DNA of 63,981 nucleotides, filler included, from an uncultured bacterium (GCA_964637655.1; 3 parts of 3 records of this genome joined end to end with filler, not necessarily neighbours in it); one strand, 5' to 3'; numbered from the whole stretch's first letter, positions 45,932 to 55,827 are shown. The notes: generated from the letters alone by a model not told the origin. Made by a program: numbers and translations.

Positions 45932-48852
45932 TGAAGCCCGAACTGCTGCGCCATCTGGCTGCGGCCGGGGCCACGGTCGACGCCCGGGCGAGCGCCCCCT
46001 TCCCCCTGCATCAGCCCGACACGGTCTGGCTGGTCACCGCCGGCCGGCTCGACGTCTTTTTCACCGCGCTGCATGACGGGCAGCCCGCGGGTGCGCGCAC
46101 CTGCGTTTTCAGCAGTGAGCCGGGGGCAACGCTCTTCGGGCTCCCCCTGCTGCAGGCCGGGCGCGACCACGGGCTGATTGCGGTCGGCACGCCCGATACG
46201 GGCGTAGTCGCGTTCCCGCTCGCCAGTTTCCGCGCCCTGATGGACGCGCACGGGCGCCCGGACGACCTGGTCTACTGTGTCGAAGAATGGGTGGCGGCAC
46301 TGACCCGCGGCATCATCCCGCCCTACGCGCCGCGCGACTTTGTCTCCATTCCGCTGGGCGGCAGTTTCACCGCGTCGCGGCATATCTGTGTCCGTCCTGC
46401 CGACCGCCTGCTCTGGTTCCGGCATACGCGCGGCGGTTCGAGTTACCTGTCCAACACCAACCTCTACCTCGCCCCCGCCGATCCGTACATCCCGCTGTTG
46501 CGCGAGAGCTGGCTGGAAACCGCCGAAGCGGAGAACGAACTGGTCACGCGGACCACGGGTGAATATCTCGCCCGTCCCGCGGAACTGTGGGCCAGTATCA
46601 GCGCCTTCACTGCCATGGTGCTCGAATGCCGCAAACTGGCGGTACTCGAGACGGCGGAAGCAGAAGCGGACAAGTCGGCGCAGCGCCGCGCCCGCGACGC
46701 CCATGCCCTGCACGGCGCCATCGCCGGCCTCGCCGCGGTGCTCGACCCGCCCGACGCGGCAGCGGCCGATGCAGCCGGCGGCGACCACCTGTATGCCGTC
46801 TGTCTGCTCGTCGCGCAGGCGCAGGGGATCACGCTCTGCGCCACTGCCGGCGCGGCGCGGCACGGCAGTGACCCGCTCGATGACCTCGTGCGCGCGTCGC
46901 GTATCCGCACGCGGCAGGTCCTGTTGCGTGACGACTGGTGGCGCCGTGATTGCGGGCCGCTCGTCGCCTGGCGTGCCGCCGACCGCACACCGGTCGCGCT
47001 CCTCCCGGCAGCGGACAGCCGCTACACGCTGGTCGATCCGCAGGCGCAATCACGGGTCACCGTCGACCGGGCGGTGGCGGCGTCACTGGCGCCGGAGGCC
47101 AACGCGTTCTACCGCACCTTTGCCCCGCAGACGCTCACGCTCCCCGCCCTGCTCCGTTTCGCGCTGCACGATTCGCTGCGCGATCTGGGACGCCTGGTGC
47201 TGCTTGGCGCCACGGGGGGCCTGCTCGCCACGCTGCTGCCGCTGGCGAGCGGGATGATCATGGACGATATCATTCCGCAGGCGGCGCGCGGCCAGTTATG
47301 GCAGATGACCGCCGGGCTCATCGTCTTCGCCCTGGCGCAACTGCTGTTCCAGGTGACGCGCGGCTACGCGCAGTTGCGGCTCGAGACGCGCATCGACAGC
47401 GCGGTGCAGGCGGCGGTGTGGGACCGCCTGCTCGATCTCCCCGTGCCGTTCTACCGGCAGTTTACCGTCGGCGACCTCGCCCAGCGCGCCAACGGCATCA
47501 ACCAGATCCGCCTGCTGCTCACCGGGGCGACTGCCGCGACGCTGCTCGGCAGCATCTTTTCCGTCTTCAGTTTCGCCCTGCTCTTCTGGTACAGCGTGCC
47601 GCTCGCGCTGCTCGCCACGGTGCTGGTCGCGCTCTCTTTGGCGGTGACGATAACGGTCAGTTACATCAACCTGCGCTACCAGAAGCGGATTCTCGCGCTG
47701 GCCGGGCAGCTCTCCGGGGCGGTGCTGCAGTTCATCACCGGCATCAGCAAACTGCGCGTTGCCGGTGCCGAGGCGCGCGCCTTCGCGTTCTGGGCCCGGC
47801 AGTTCGCGCAGCAGCGCCGCCTGACAGTCGCCATGGAAAGCGTCACCAACGCGTACACGGTCTTCAACGTCACCTTTACCACGTTCTGCCAGTTCGGCAT
47901 CTATGCCTGGCTCGCGTTCGCCCTCATGCGTGAACAGGCCGCCAACGCCGCGTTCACCACGGGCGACTTCGTCGCCTTCAGCGCCGCCTTTGCCCAGTGT
48001 CTCGTCGCCATGTCGCAGTTCGGCACGGTGGTCGTCTCGCTGCTGCAGGTGGTGCCGCTGTACGAGCGCGCCCGGCCCATCCTTGACTGCGCGCCCGAGG
48101 TGCGCGAAGACAAGACCGATCCGGGCCGGCTGCGCGGCGACCTTGACGTGGCGAGCGTGTCGTTCCGCTACCTGCCGGACGCGCCGCTCACCCTCGACAC
48201 GGTGTCGCTGCAGGCGCGCGCGGGCGAGTTTATCGCCATCGTCGGCGCCTCGGGCAGCGGCAAATCGACGCTGCTGCGCCTGCTGCTCGGGTTCGAACAG
48301 CCGCAGGCGGGCACCGTCGCCTACGACGGCTGTGATCTCGGCAAACTCGACGTGCGCCTGCTGCGCCGGCAGCTGGGGGTCGTGCTGCAGAACGGGCGCA
48401 TCCTCAGCGGCGACCTGTTCAACAATATCGTCGGTGCCTCCCGGCTCACGCTTGACGACGCGTGGGCGGCGGCGCGCATGGCCGGACTCGAGGACGACAT
48501 CAAGGCGATGCCGATGGGCATGCACACCTTCATCAGCGAGGGGGGGAGCACGCTGTCAGGCGGGCAGCGCCAGCGCCTGCTCATCGCCCGCGCCCTGGTG
48601 CACCAGCCGCGCATCATCCTGTTCGACGAGGCAACCAGTGCGCTCGACAACGTCACGCAGCAGATTGTCGCGGAGTCGCTCGCGCGGCTCGATGTCACAC
48701 GCGTGGTCATCGCCCACCGCCTGTCGACCATCATCAACGCCGACCGCATCTACGTTATGGCTGCCGGCTGCATTGCGGAGAGCGGCACCTACGAGGACCT
48801 GATGATCCGCAACGGGCTGTTTGCCGACCTCGCGCGGCGGCAGATTATATGA
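45928..48852 (+). CDS. NHLP bacteriocin-type ABC transporter, permease/ATPase subunit (TIGR03797-like)
   Basis: N-terminal cNMP-like region, [40 protein letters not shown]. Confidence 0.88.
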   Translation: MMKPELLRHLAAAGATVDARASAPFPLHQPDTVWLVTAGRLDVFFTALHDGQPAGARTCVFSSEPGATLFGLPLLQAGRDHGLIAVGTPDTGVVAFPLASFRALMDAHGRPDDLVYCVEEWVAALTRGIIPPYAPRDFVSIPLGGSFTASRHICVRPADRLLWFRHTRGGSSYLSNTNLYLAPADPYIPLLRESWLETAEAENELVTRTTGEYLARPAELWASISAFTAMVLECRKLAVLETAEAEADKSAQRRARDAHALHGAIAGLAAVLDPPDAAAADAAGGDHLYAVCLLVAQAQGITLCATAGAARHGSDPLDDLVRASRIRTRQVLLRDDWWRRDCGPLVAWRAADRTPVALLPAADSRYTLVDPQAQSRVTVDRAVAASLAPEANAFYRTFAPQTLTLPALLRFALHDSLRDLGRLVLLGATGGLLATLLPLASGMIMDDIIPQAARGQLWQMTAGLIVFALAQLLFQVTRGYAQLRLETRIDSAVQAAVWDRLLDLPVPFYRQFTVGDLAQRANGINQIRLLLTGATAATLLGSIFSVFSFALLFWYSVPLALLATVLVALSLAVTITVSYINLRYQKRILALAGQLSGAVLQFITGISKLRVAGAEARAFAFWARQFAQQRRLTVAMESVTNAYTVFNVTFTTFCQFGIYAWLAFALMREQAANAAFTTGDFVAFSAAFAQCLVAMSQFGTVVVSLLQVVPLYERARPILDCAPEVREDKTDPGRLRGDLDVASVSFRYLPDAPLTLDTVSLQARAGEFIAIVGASGSGKSTLLRLLLGFEQPQAGTVAYDGCDLGKLDVRLLRRQLGVVLQNGRILSGDLFNNIVGASRLTLDDAWAAARMAGLEDDIKAMPMGMHTFISEGGSTLSGGQRQRLLIARALVHQPRIILFDEATSALDNVTQQIVAESLARLDVTRVVIAHRLSTIINADRIYVMAAGCIAESGTYEDLMIRNGLFADLARRQII

Positions 48853-49247
48853 ACCGGTTGTTCTGCCTGCTGCTGCTGCTGCTGACGGGCTGTACCGTGA
48901 CCATGCAGCCGCCCGGGGCGCGCGAGCCCGACCCGCCGCCCCCGCTCCCAGCCGATGACCGGGTCAGCGTAACCGCTTTGCGCTGCTACGTCGCGGGCGG
49001 CGGCAGCACGGTTATTGTCGACGGCTGGGTGGGCAATCCGCACCCGGACCGCGACGCCTACGCGGTGCGTGTCGAAGCGGATATTACGCTTCCGGACGGG
49101 ATCACCGCGCGCGGGCATGACTCCATTGCACATCTCCGGCCACGTGAAAGCGTACAGTTTCGCGTGCTGTTCGAACGTCCCGACCTCGCTGCCCGACATG
49201 CTGAACTCACAGCCGATGCGTACGTTGCCCACGCCACCACGCGCTGA
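48849..49247 (+). CDS. Hypothetical lipoprotein (Ig-like)
   Basis: [15 protein letters not shown] lipobox; ATGA overlap. Confidence 0.7.
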   Translation: MNRLFCLLLLLLTGCTVTMQPPGAREPDPPPPLPADDRVSVTALRCYVAGGGSTVIVDGWVGNPHPDRDAYAVRVEADITLPDGITARGHDSIAHLRPRESVQFRVLFERPDLAARHAELTADAYVAHATTR

Positions 49248-49291
49248 AGCGTGGTATTGTCGCACCGGCACAGTCATGCTACAGTGATGCC

Positions 49292-50254
49292 ATGAACAGG
49301 CCCGGCAGTCGCACGCTCGAGCGGTTCTACCTTTCGCTGCACAGCAGCATCATCGCGGGATTGCCGATACGGCGCGCGCTGACGCTGGCCTCGCTGACGC
49401 CCGCCCTGCAGGCGGCAGTACGCACCGTGGACACAGCGCTCGACCGCGGGCAGACGCTGGCGCAGGCGTGGCGCGCGGCGGGCTGCTTTGCCCCGCTTGA
49501 CTGCGCGCTCATCGAGGCCGGTGAGCGCAGCGGCACGCTGGCTGCCGTCTTTGCCGCGCTGGCGGAAACGCAGGCGCGACGTGACGAACTCCGCCGCTGG
49601 CTGGTCATCGGGCTCATCTATCCCGCGGTGCTGCTGCTCGCCGCCATTGCCGCGGTGCATGCCCCACTGCTGATACAGCAGGGGCTGACCGCCTTCCTGC
49701 AGGCCACGCTCCCCCTGCTGCTGGCGGCAGTGGGCGGGTGCGTGGTCGCGGCCTGGCTCTGGGGCGTACTGATGCGCGGCGTGCCGCTCTGGGCCGCCTT
49801 CTGGTACAGCGTGCCCGTGGTCGGTTCCTTCTACCGCGCGCGCGCCCGCGTCCGCTTCCTCGAACTGCTTGCCCGCACGCATGCCGCCGGGCTGTCGTTG
49901 CGCCAGTTCGGCGAATTTCTCACCGGTACCGCCGATGATGCACTGCAACAGCAGGCGACCGCCCAGTTGTGTGCCACGCTGCGCACGGACGTGCCGCTGG
50001 GCGAGGCACTGGCCGGGTCGCCGCTGCTGCCGCGCGACGAGGCGCTACTGCTCGCCGGCGCGGAGACCGCGGGCACGCTGGCAGCAACAGCAGAGCGTTG
50101 CGCGCAGCAGGCCCGCAGCGACCTGACGGGCGCCGCCCGCCGTCTGGCGGTCGGGATAGGACTGGCGATTACCGCTGTCATCGGCGCCTATGTCACCCGT
50201 CTCTACGTGCGCACCGTGCTCGGCTATTTCGACACTATCGACCGCCTGTTGTAG
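49292..50254 (+). CDS. Type II secretion F / PilC family platform protein
   Basis: AGERSGTL, IYPAV, AETAGTL; two T2SSF repeats. Confidence 0.8.
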   Translation: MNRPGSRTLERFYLSLHSSIIAGLPIRRALTLASLTPALQAAVRTVDTALDRGQTLAQAWRAAGCFAPLDCALIEAGERSGTLAAVFAALAETQARRDELRRWLVIGLIYPAVLLLAAIAAVHAPLLIQQGLTAFLQATLPLLLAAVGGCVVAAWLWGVLMRGVPLWAAFWYSVPVVGSFYRARARVRFLELLARTHAAGLSLRQFGEFLTGTADDALQQQATAQLCATLRTDVPLGEALAGSPLLPRDEALLLAGAETAGTLAATAERCAQQARSDLTGAARRLAVGIGLAITAVIGAYVTRLYVRTVLGYFDTIDRLL

Positions 50255-50276
50255 CGGCGGACAGGAGAAGAAGCAC

Positions 50277-51224
50277 ATGGACGGAGTCATTGCCACCCTT
50301 GCCGCGAACATCGCCACGGTCATCCGCGACAAGGACGAAGTTATCGCGCTGCTGCTCACTGCGCTCCTTGCTGACGGGCACGTGCTGCTCGAGGACGTGC
50401 CGGGCACCGGGAAGACCGTGCTGGCGCGCGCGCTGGCCAAAAGCATCAGTGCCGACTTCAAGCGCATTCAGTTCACGCCCGACCTGCTGCCGTCGGACAT
50501 CACCGGCACGTACATCTACAACCAGGCGAGCAACGCCTTCGAGTTCCGCCACGGGCCGGTTTTTACCAACATCCTGCTCGCGGACGAGATCAACCGTGCG
50601 ACGCCGCGCACGCAATCAGCGCTGCTCGAGGGGATGGAGGAACGGCAGGTGACCGCTGACGGTATCACCCTGCCGCTGCCGGTGCCGTTCTTCGTTATCG
50701 GCACGCAGAACCCCATCGAACAGCAGGGAACGTTCCCGCTCCCCGAGGCGCAGCTCGACCGCTTCCTGATGAAACTGTCGGTCGGCTATCCCGGGCCGGC
50801 GGGCGAACTGGAAATCATCGACAGCCAGAAACAGCATCACCCGCTGCTCGACCTGCAACCCGTCACTGAACTCGCCGCGCTCATGGAACTGCGCGAGGCT
50901 GTCAAGAAGGTCTTCGTGCACTCCGGCGTCAAACGCTATGTGCAGCAAATCGCGCAGGCGACGCGCAGCCGCGAGGAGTTGCAGTTGGGTGTCTCACCAC
51001 GCGGCACCCTTGCGCTGGTGCGCGCCGCGCAGGCGCGTGCCCTGCTGCGCGGTCTCGCCTTTGTCACCCCTGACTGCGTGCGCGAAGTGGCCGGGCCGGT
51101 GCTCGCGCATCGCCTGCTGCTCAAGCCGCAGGCGCGGCTCAAGGGGCAGACCGCAGTGCAGGTACTCGACGAAATCCTGCGCAGCGTCGAACTGCCGGTA
51201 GCGTTCGCCGAAGGAGAAGCATGA
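50277..51224 (+). CDS. moxR: MoxR family AAA+ ATPase
   Basis: GHVLLEDVPGTGKT, RIQFTPDLLPSD, DEINRA, TFPLPEAQLDRF. Confidence 0.93.
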   Translation: MDGVIATLAANIATVIRDKDEVIALLLTALLADGHVLLEDVPGTGKTVLARALAKSISADFKRIQFTPDLLPSDITGTYIYNQASNAFEFRHGPVFTNILLADEINRATPRTQSALLEGMEERQVTADGITLPLPVPFFVIGTQNPIEQQGTFPLPEAQLDRFLMKLSVGYPGPAGELEIIDSQKQHHPLLDLQPVTELAALMELREAVKKVFVHSGVKRYVQQIAQATRSREELQLGVSPRGTLALVRAAQARALLRGLAFVTPDCVREVAGPVLAHRLLLKPQARLKGQTAVQVLDEILRSVELPVAFAEGEA

Positions 51225-52519
51225 CGGAAGACGAGACGCCCGGACGCACGACCTGGTCCGGGCGCAACCTGCTGCTGGCGGCGGCCGGCTTTCTCGCCGT
51301 GGTTGGTGCCATGACCATGCGCTCGCAGGTGGCGGCAGTCAACCTCTTCCTGCTTATCGTCCTGCTCGCCAGCCGCCTCTATGCACACTACGTGCTGCAG
51401 CAGGCGCGCGCGGTGCGCCGTTTCCACGACGCGGCGCTGCGCGACAGCACCGTGCCCGTCGAGGTCGGGGTGGCCAGTATCCACCCGCTCCCCTTCCTGC
51501 ACTGCGAGGTCAAGGACACCTTCAGCACCTCGCATTTCCGGCAGGAGAAACTGCTGCTCACGCCGCAGCTGGCGGGACGCAAGGTTACCGCAGGGCGTTA
51601 TACCGGCGAGGCAGGCGACCGCCGCGGCCGCTATATCATCGGGCCGCTTACCGTCACGCTCACCGACCCGCTCGGGCTGGGGAGCGCCACCCGCGTTTTC
51701 GACGAGAAAGCAGCGCTGCTTTCGGTCTATCCGCGCGGTTTTGCCGTCGACACCTTTCCCGTATCCTCACGCGCCTCGCAGTTCGAGGTCAACCTGCACA
51801 ATGCGCCGCGCTGCGGCACCAGCGACGAACTGCGCGGCATGCGCGAGTACGCCAAGGGCGATCCGCTGCGCCATATCCACTGGCCGCAGAGCATGCGCCA
51901 CCGGCAACTCATGGTGCGCGAATTTGCCATGCCTGCCGCGCGCAACCTGACCGTGCTGCTCGACCTCGACCGGAGCATGGCGCGCGGGCTGGGCTCGCAT
52001 TCCGCGCTCGAGTACAGCATCGAGGTGGCCGCCGCACTTACCGACTATGCCGCGCGCAACTTCCACCGCTTTGCCCTGCTGGCGCAGGGGGAGCGGCTCT
52101 GCTGTCTGCCGCCGGCGAGCGGGCCGGCACAGCAGAAGGCGGTGCGCGAGGCGCTGCTCGGACTCAAGCAGGATGGCTGCGTGCCGTTCGACCGCTTTCT
52201 CGTGCAGGCGCTCGACTTGATTCCAATTGATTCATGCGCCGTGCTGGTCTTTCCCACCTCGCGCATCGATCTGCAGCGCTACCTTGCCGCGGTCGGGGTT
52301 CTGCAGGGGCGCTACATCAACGTCGTTGCCGTGCTTATCCGCGATTCGCTCTTTTACCGCGTGCATCAGCAGGATACCGCGCAGGAGAACGATTTCGCTG
52401 AGGTGGTGGCAGGGTTCCGCGCCGCCGGAGTCACGGTCTACACCATCGATTCCTACGAGGATTTGTCGCTGCATTTCCGCCCCGAGCGCATCGGCTGGCC
52501 CATGGGGACCGTGCGATGA
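51221..52519 (+). CDS. DUF58 domain protein
   Basis: RGRY..GP....DPLGL, VYP, REYAKGD..RHIHW, LMVREF. Confidence 0.88.
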   Translation: MTEDETPGRTTWSGRNLLLAAAGFLAVVGAMTMRSQVAAVNLFLLIVLLASRLYAHYVLQQARAVRRFHDAALRDSTVPVEVGVASIHPLPFLHCEVKDTFSTSHFRQEKLLLTPQLAGRKVTAGRYTGEAGDRRGRYIIGPLTVTLTDPLGLGSATRVFDEKAALLSVYPRGFAVDTFPVSSRASQFEVNLHNAPRCGTSDELRGMREYAKGDPLRHIHWPQSMRHRQLMVREFAMPAARNLTVLLDLDRSMARGLGSHSALEYSIEVAAALTDYAARNFHRFALLAQGERLCCLPPASGPAQQKAVREALLGLKQDGCVPFDRFLVQALDLIPIDSCAVLVFPTSRIDLQRYLAAVGVLQGRYINVVAVLIRDSLFYRVHQQDTAQENDFAEVVAGFRAAGVTVYTIDSYEDLSLHFRPERIGWPMGTVR

Positions 52520-53595
52520 AAGCGAGCGTGCGCGGGACACTATTGATGTATGCCGTGCTGGCGCTGCTCTTTCTCGCGCAGCCGCCGTTCGACGGTGCCC
52601 GCCTCATGATGCTGCTGATTTATGCCGCGCTGTTTTTCGGGGCGTATCGTTTCAATCTCGCCCGCGCGCATCAGGATGGGGAGGAGAAGCCGCTGTCCGG
52701 CAGTGCGGGGATAGCCGCGGCCATCTGCCTGCTTGGGCTGCTCCTCAACCTCTTTCCGGACCGGGAAGGCGCCGGTGGCATGGTGCGCGATAATCTGGCG
52801 GTGGTCTGCTTTCTCCTCGGCTTCTTTGCCACGCAGCCGCTGCTGCGCGAATACGGGAGTGTTGCCGCCTGGCTGCTCTTCAACCTCTGGCTGTTTCTGC
52901 TCCCGGGTATCAGTATGCTGCTGGCGCCGCTCTTTATCGCGGCGTTTGTCATCCACCGCTTCGCGGTTACCGCGCACACGCTGGGCGACGAGTATGGTGT
53001 GCCGGAACATGGCGCCACGCCGCAGGCGCAACGCACGCTGCTGGCGTGGCTCTGCCTCGCGGTGCTGCTCTTTGTCCCGCTGCAGGGCTGGGGCTGGTGG
53101 GAAGACCGCCAGTTGCAGCAGCAGATGCAGGCAGTCAGCGAACGGGATGTGCCGCCGCCGGCAGGGGCCGGCATGGGGCTGGCCGGACGCAGCGGGCTTA
53201 TCGGCTTTGGCATCATCCTGTTTGCCTATGTCGCGTGGCGGCAGCTGCAGAAACGGGAGAAGCGGGGTGACGGGAAAAAGGAGTTGCAGGCGCTCCTCTC
53301 CGCGCAGGGGTATACGCGCGACCTCGATGATGCGTGCCCGGTCCGCTATTCCTTCCCGGGCGGGCGACGCGGGCAGATGCTGAAACTGTACGACAAAGTG
53401 CTGGCCGCGGCGGAAAAGCGGCTCAAGCAGCCGCTGCGCAGCATCACGCCGTCACTGCGCATCCCCTATCTGAAACGCCTCGACCCTGCACGCGACTGGG
53501 AAACGCTGACGGTCATTTTCAACCGCGCCCGCTACGGGCATGAGGACCTTGCGCCTGACGACCTTGCCGCCGCCAAACGCATTGCGGGCAGGTAG
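52516..53595 (+). CDS. Membrane protein with DUF4129-like C-terminus (no transglutaminase domain)
   Basis: About 8 TM; LT..FNRARYG tail; follows moxR-DUF58. Confidence 0.65.
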   Translation: MKASVRGTLLMYAVLALLFLAQPPFDGARLMMLLIYAALFFGAYRFNLARAHQDGEEKPLSGSAGIAAAICLLGLLLNLFPDREGAGGMVRDNLAVVCFLLGFFATQPLLREYGSVAAWLLFNLWLFLLPGISMLLAPLFIAAFVIHRFAVTAHTLGDEYGVPEHGATPQAQRTLLAWLCLAVLLFVPLQGWGWWEDRQLQQQMQAVSERDVPPPAGAGMGLAGRSGLIGFGIILFAYVAWRQLQKREKRGDGKKELQALLSAQGYTRDLDDACPVRYSFPGGRRGQMLKLYDKVLAAAEKRLKQPLRSITPSLRIPYLKRLDPARDWETLTVIFNRARYGHEDLAPDDLAAAKRIAGR

Positions 53596-53610
53596 CGCAC
53601 CATGGGAATT

Positions 53611-53627
53611 ATGGGGAGAGTCCCCAT
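53611..53627. repeat. Short REP-like palindrome ATGGGGAGAGTCCCCAT
   Basis: Related to 61547-61567. Confidence 0.55.
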
Positions 53628-53665
53628 TTTTATCAGTTTGATATATCAGGTTGTCGCTTATCGAG

Positions 53666-53692
53666 GTGCGGCCGGCGTTGGGCCGGCCGCAC
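53666..53692. terminator. GC hairpin between convergent genes
   Basis: Perfect 11-bp stem GTGCGGCCGGC/GCCGGCCGCAC; no clear U tract. Confidence 0.45.
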
Positions 53693-53706
53693 GATACGAA
53701 TTCCGC

Positions 53707-53820
53707 TTACTTGCAGGCGCAGCTGCCGCAACAACAGTCAGCCGTCGCCGTGGCTGAAGCGTAGGCAGCACCCAGCCCGAGAGTCATAACCGCCGCAAAA
53801 ATCAGCAATGCCTTTTTCAT
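53707..53820 (-). CDS. 37-aa secreted Cys-rich peptide (absent from the ORF track)
   Basis: MKKALLIFAAVMTLGLGAAYA-SATATADCCCGSCACK; RBS AGGAG; Sec signal ending AYA. Confidence 0.75.
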   Translation of the reverse strand: MKKALLIFAAVMTLGLGAAYASATATADCCCGSCACK

Positions 53821-53917
53821 GGCAAAATCTCCTGTATGTCATCGTGGTGTTGCTGCATCGCGTGCTGCCGCCATGCGGTCAGCACGGACGCGACCGTCGC
53901 GGGCACACCGCGAACGC

Positions 53918-54217
53918 TCAACAACGCCACACAGGATGGAGGAGGAGCACTGGATACCTGCGCCCTGCCGTCGCCGGGGCAGGCCGCGCAGTGCCTGACC
54001 AGGCAGTCGTTGCGCACAGACAGGCAGATGCGGGCGAGCCGGCAACGGGCGTTGGTGCCGGCAGCACCGTCGCATCAGGTGGCGTGGTTGCCTGCAGGGC
54101 GCAGTCGCAGTCGTCAGCAGCCGCGCAGCAGCCAACCGCACACGGCGCGCATTCCACACAGGCATACCCGGTGGCAAGTACGACAAACAACATGCCGGAC
54201 AGCAGGAGCAGCTTCAT
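53918..54217 (-). CDS. 99-aa Cys-rich protein with signal-like N-terminus
   Basis: MKLLLLSGMLFVVLATGYA-CVECAPCAVGCCAAADDCDC...; upstream TGGTACCAT-N6-ATG. Confidence 0.6.
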   Translation of the reverse strand: MKLLLLSGMLFVVLATGYACVECAPCAVGCCAAADDCDCALQATTPPDATVLPAPTPVAGSPASACLCATTAWSGTARPAPATAGRRYPVLLLHPVWRC

Positions 54218-54264
54218 ACCCCCATGGTACCAGATCCTGCTGAGAGGACGATGAGAATGCCCAG

Positions 54265-55149
54265 CCCCAAAGGTGCCACTCTTTCACATTTTCACATTTA
54301 CGAATAGCACATCATGCTGGCGGACAAAGTGCTATGACAAATCAGCTGCACGTTTCTGTGCAATTGTCAGCACTTCGAGGAACAACAGCATCCCCCCGGT
54401 CCCTCGCGAAAGAGCAGTGCAAACAGGCCGAGTGCGGCAGCATTCGCCAGTATCATCGGCAGGGCGATGAGCGAAACAATCTCCCAGTTTTTCGGTTCAG
54501 GGACCGTCAGCATGATCAGTACCATGTGCAGGCCTTCCATGAGAAATCCGAGCGCGCAGAGGAAGAAAAGCGACGGCAGCCCCCCCTTGAACCGCGCGTG
54601 CAGCAGGCTGCCGATGATACCGGCAAACATGGTTGCCATGGCACAGGGAATGCCCGGGGCGCCGGTCCCTACCGCCAGGCGGTGGACCCCGCCGATCAGG
54701 CCGGCCAGCAGGCCGGCTATAGGCCCGCCCAGCATGCCGGCGAGCAGCGCCCCGGTATCACGCACGTTGACGATGGCTGAACTCGGCAGCTTGATGCCGT
54801 TGAGCGACGCGAGCACGCAGTAGACGCCGAAAATACAGCCAAGGAGCAACGCGCTGCGCAGCGTGCCGAACGCGCCGGGACGCGCGGCAAAGCGTTTCAG
54901 CACGATGGCATAGCCAGCGGTCAGCACAATCACCATAAACAGGGGGAGTACCATAGCGCACCTCATCTCAGTAAATTGGCAACAGAAATGTATAGCACCA
55001 TGCGACAATTCTTGCAAGTCCTGATTCCCGCGTTCCTGTTGTTAGTGTAATCCCGACACTAAATTTTACGGACTTTTCTATATCATGTTGATATGTTTTG
55101 CGATGTGAATTTGGAAATGTGAAAATGTGAAAGAGTGGCACCTTCGGGG
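54265..55149. mobile_element. Inverted-repeat-bounded cassette (non-autonomous, MITE/REP-cassette-like)
   Basis: Perfect 30-bp IR AAGGTGCCACTCTTTCACATTTTCACATTT at 54270-54299 and 55115-55144 (35 bp with 1 mismatch); no transposase. Confidence 0.6.
54367..54954 (-). CDS. Stand-alone LytS/YhcK 5TM receptor (5TM-5TMR_LYT) protein
   Basis: NVRDTGALLAGMLGGP.AGLLAGLIGGVHRL, E.LHM, LPMILAN; own promoter TTGCAA-N17-TATACA, RBS GAGG. Confidence 0.82.
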   Translation of the reverse strand: MVLPLFMVIVLTAGYAIVLKRFAARPGAFGTLRSALLLGCIFGVYCVLASLNGIKLPSSAIVNVRDTGALLAGMLGGPIAGLLAGLIGGVHRLAVGTGAPGIPCAMATMFAGIIGSLLHARFKGGLPSLFFLCALGFLMEGLHMVLIMLTVPEPKNWEIVSLIALPMILANAAALGLFALLFREGPGGCCCSSKC

Positions 55150-55170
55150 AGTGGCACCTTCGGAGTTGCC

Positions 55171-55827
55171 TCAACTGCGGGCAAGCAGGGCGAGGGTATC
55201 CGGATACGAAAGAACATCCCCTCCCTGTCGCAGGCGGATGCTGTCGGCGGAGACCTCGTCGATGAGCACCACACGACCATCCAGCAACCCGAATTCCACC
55301 TTGAAGTCGACCACCGCATAGTACTGCAGTAGCATCCGGCTTACCTGTCGGGTCAGGGCAACTGCCGCATCGACGCAGTCAGCCGGAATGTGGCCGGCAG
55401 CGACCGCGTCGGGCAAACTGATGAGCGGATCGCCGGCGGCATCGTCCTTGAGAAACAACTCCAGCAGTTCATCCAATGGTTGCAACGACGGTGTTTCCGG
55501 ATGGCGGCGCAGATAACTGCCGTAGGCGAAGTTGCGCACAACAAATTCCAGCGGAAAGCGTTGTACTGCATGAACAATAATGCTGTGGTCGTCATGCTGC
55601 CTGATGAAGTGGGTGGGTATCCCAGCCGCAGCGCACCGCTCAAAGAAGCGCACTGCGGCAGCGCAGGTCAGTTCGCCCTTGCCCGGTATCTCGCAAAGCA
55701 CCGCATTGGCACCCGGATTGATCACCCCGTTTTCGCCCAGCACCGTGTCGCGATAGCGGATAAGCAGGTGCCCGGGCGTATACGCGGCAAAGACCTCCTT
55801 GGTCTTGCCGGAATAGAGGAGTTTCAC
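55171..55827 (-). CDS. purC: SAICAR synthase (short, divergent)
   Basis: LYSGKTK, GIPTHF, PLEFVVRN.AYGS, KDD..GDP, VDFKVEFG, DEVSADS.R. Confidence 0.85.
   Translation of the reverse strand: MKLLYSGKTKEVFAAYTPGHLLIRYRDTVLGENGVINPGANAVLCEIPGKGELTCAAAVRFFERCAAAGIPTHFIRQHDDHSIIVHAVQRFPLEFVVRNFAYGSYLRRHPETPSLQPLDELLELFLKDDAAGDPLISLPDAVAAGHIPADCVDAAVALTRQVSRMLLQYYAVVDFKVEFGLLDGRVVLIDEVSADSIRLRQGGDVLSYPDTLALLARS

Noticed and set aside
53707-53820. Peptide as the substrate of the NHLP exporter
   Set aside because: It has a Sec-type signal, lacks a double-glycine NHLP/Nif11 leader and has no adjacent maturase; kept only as a minor alternative.
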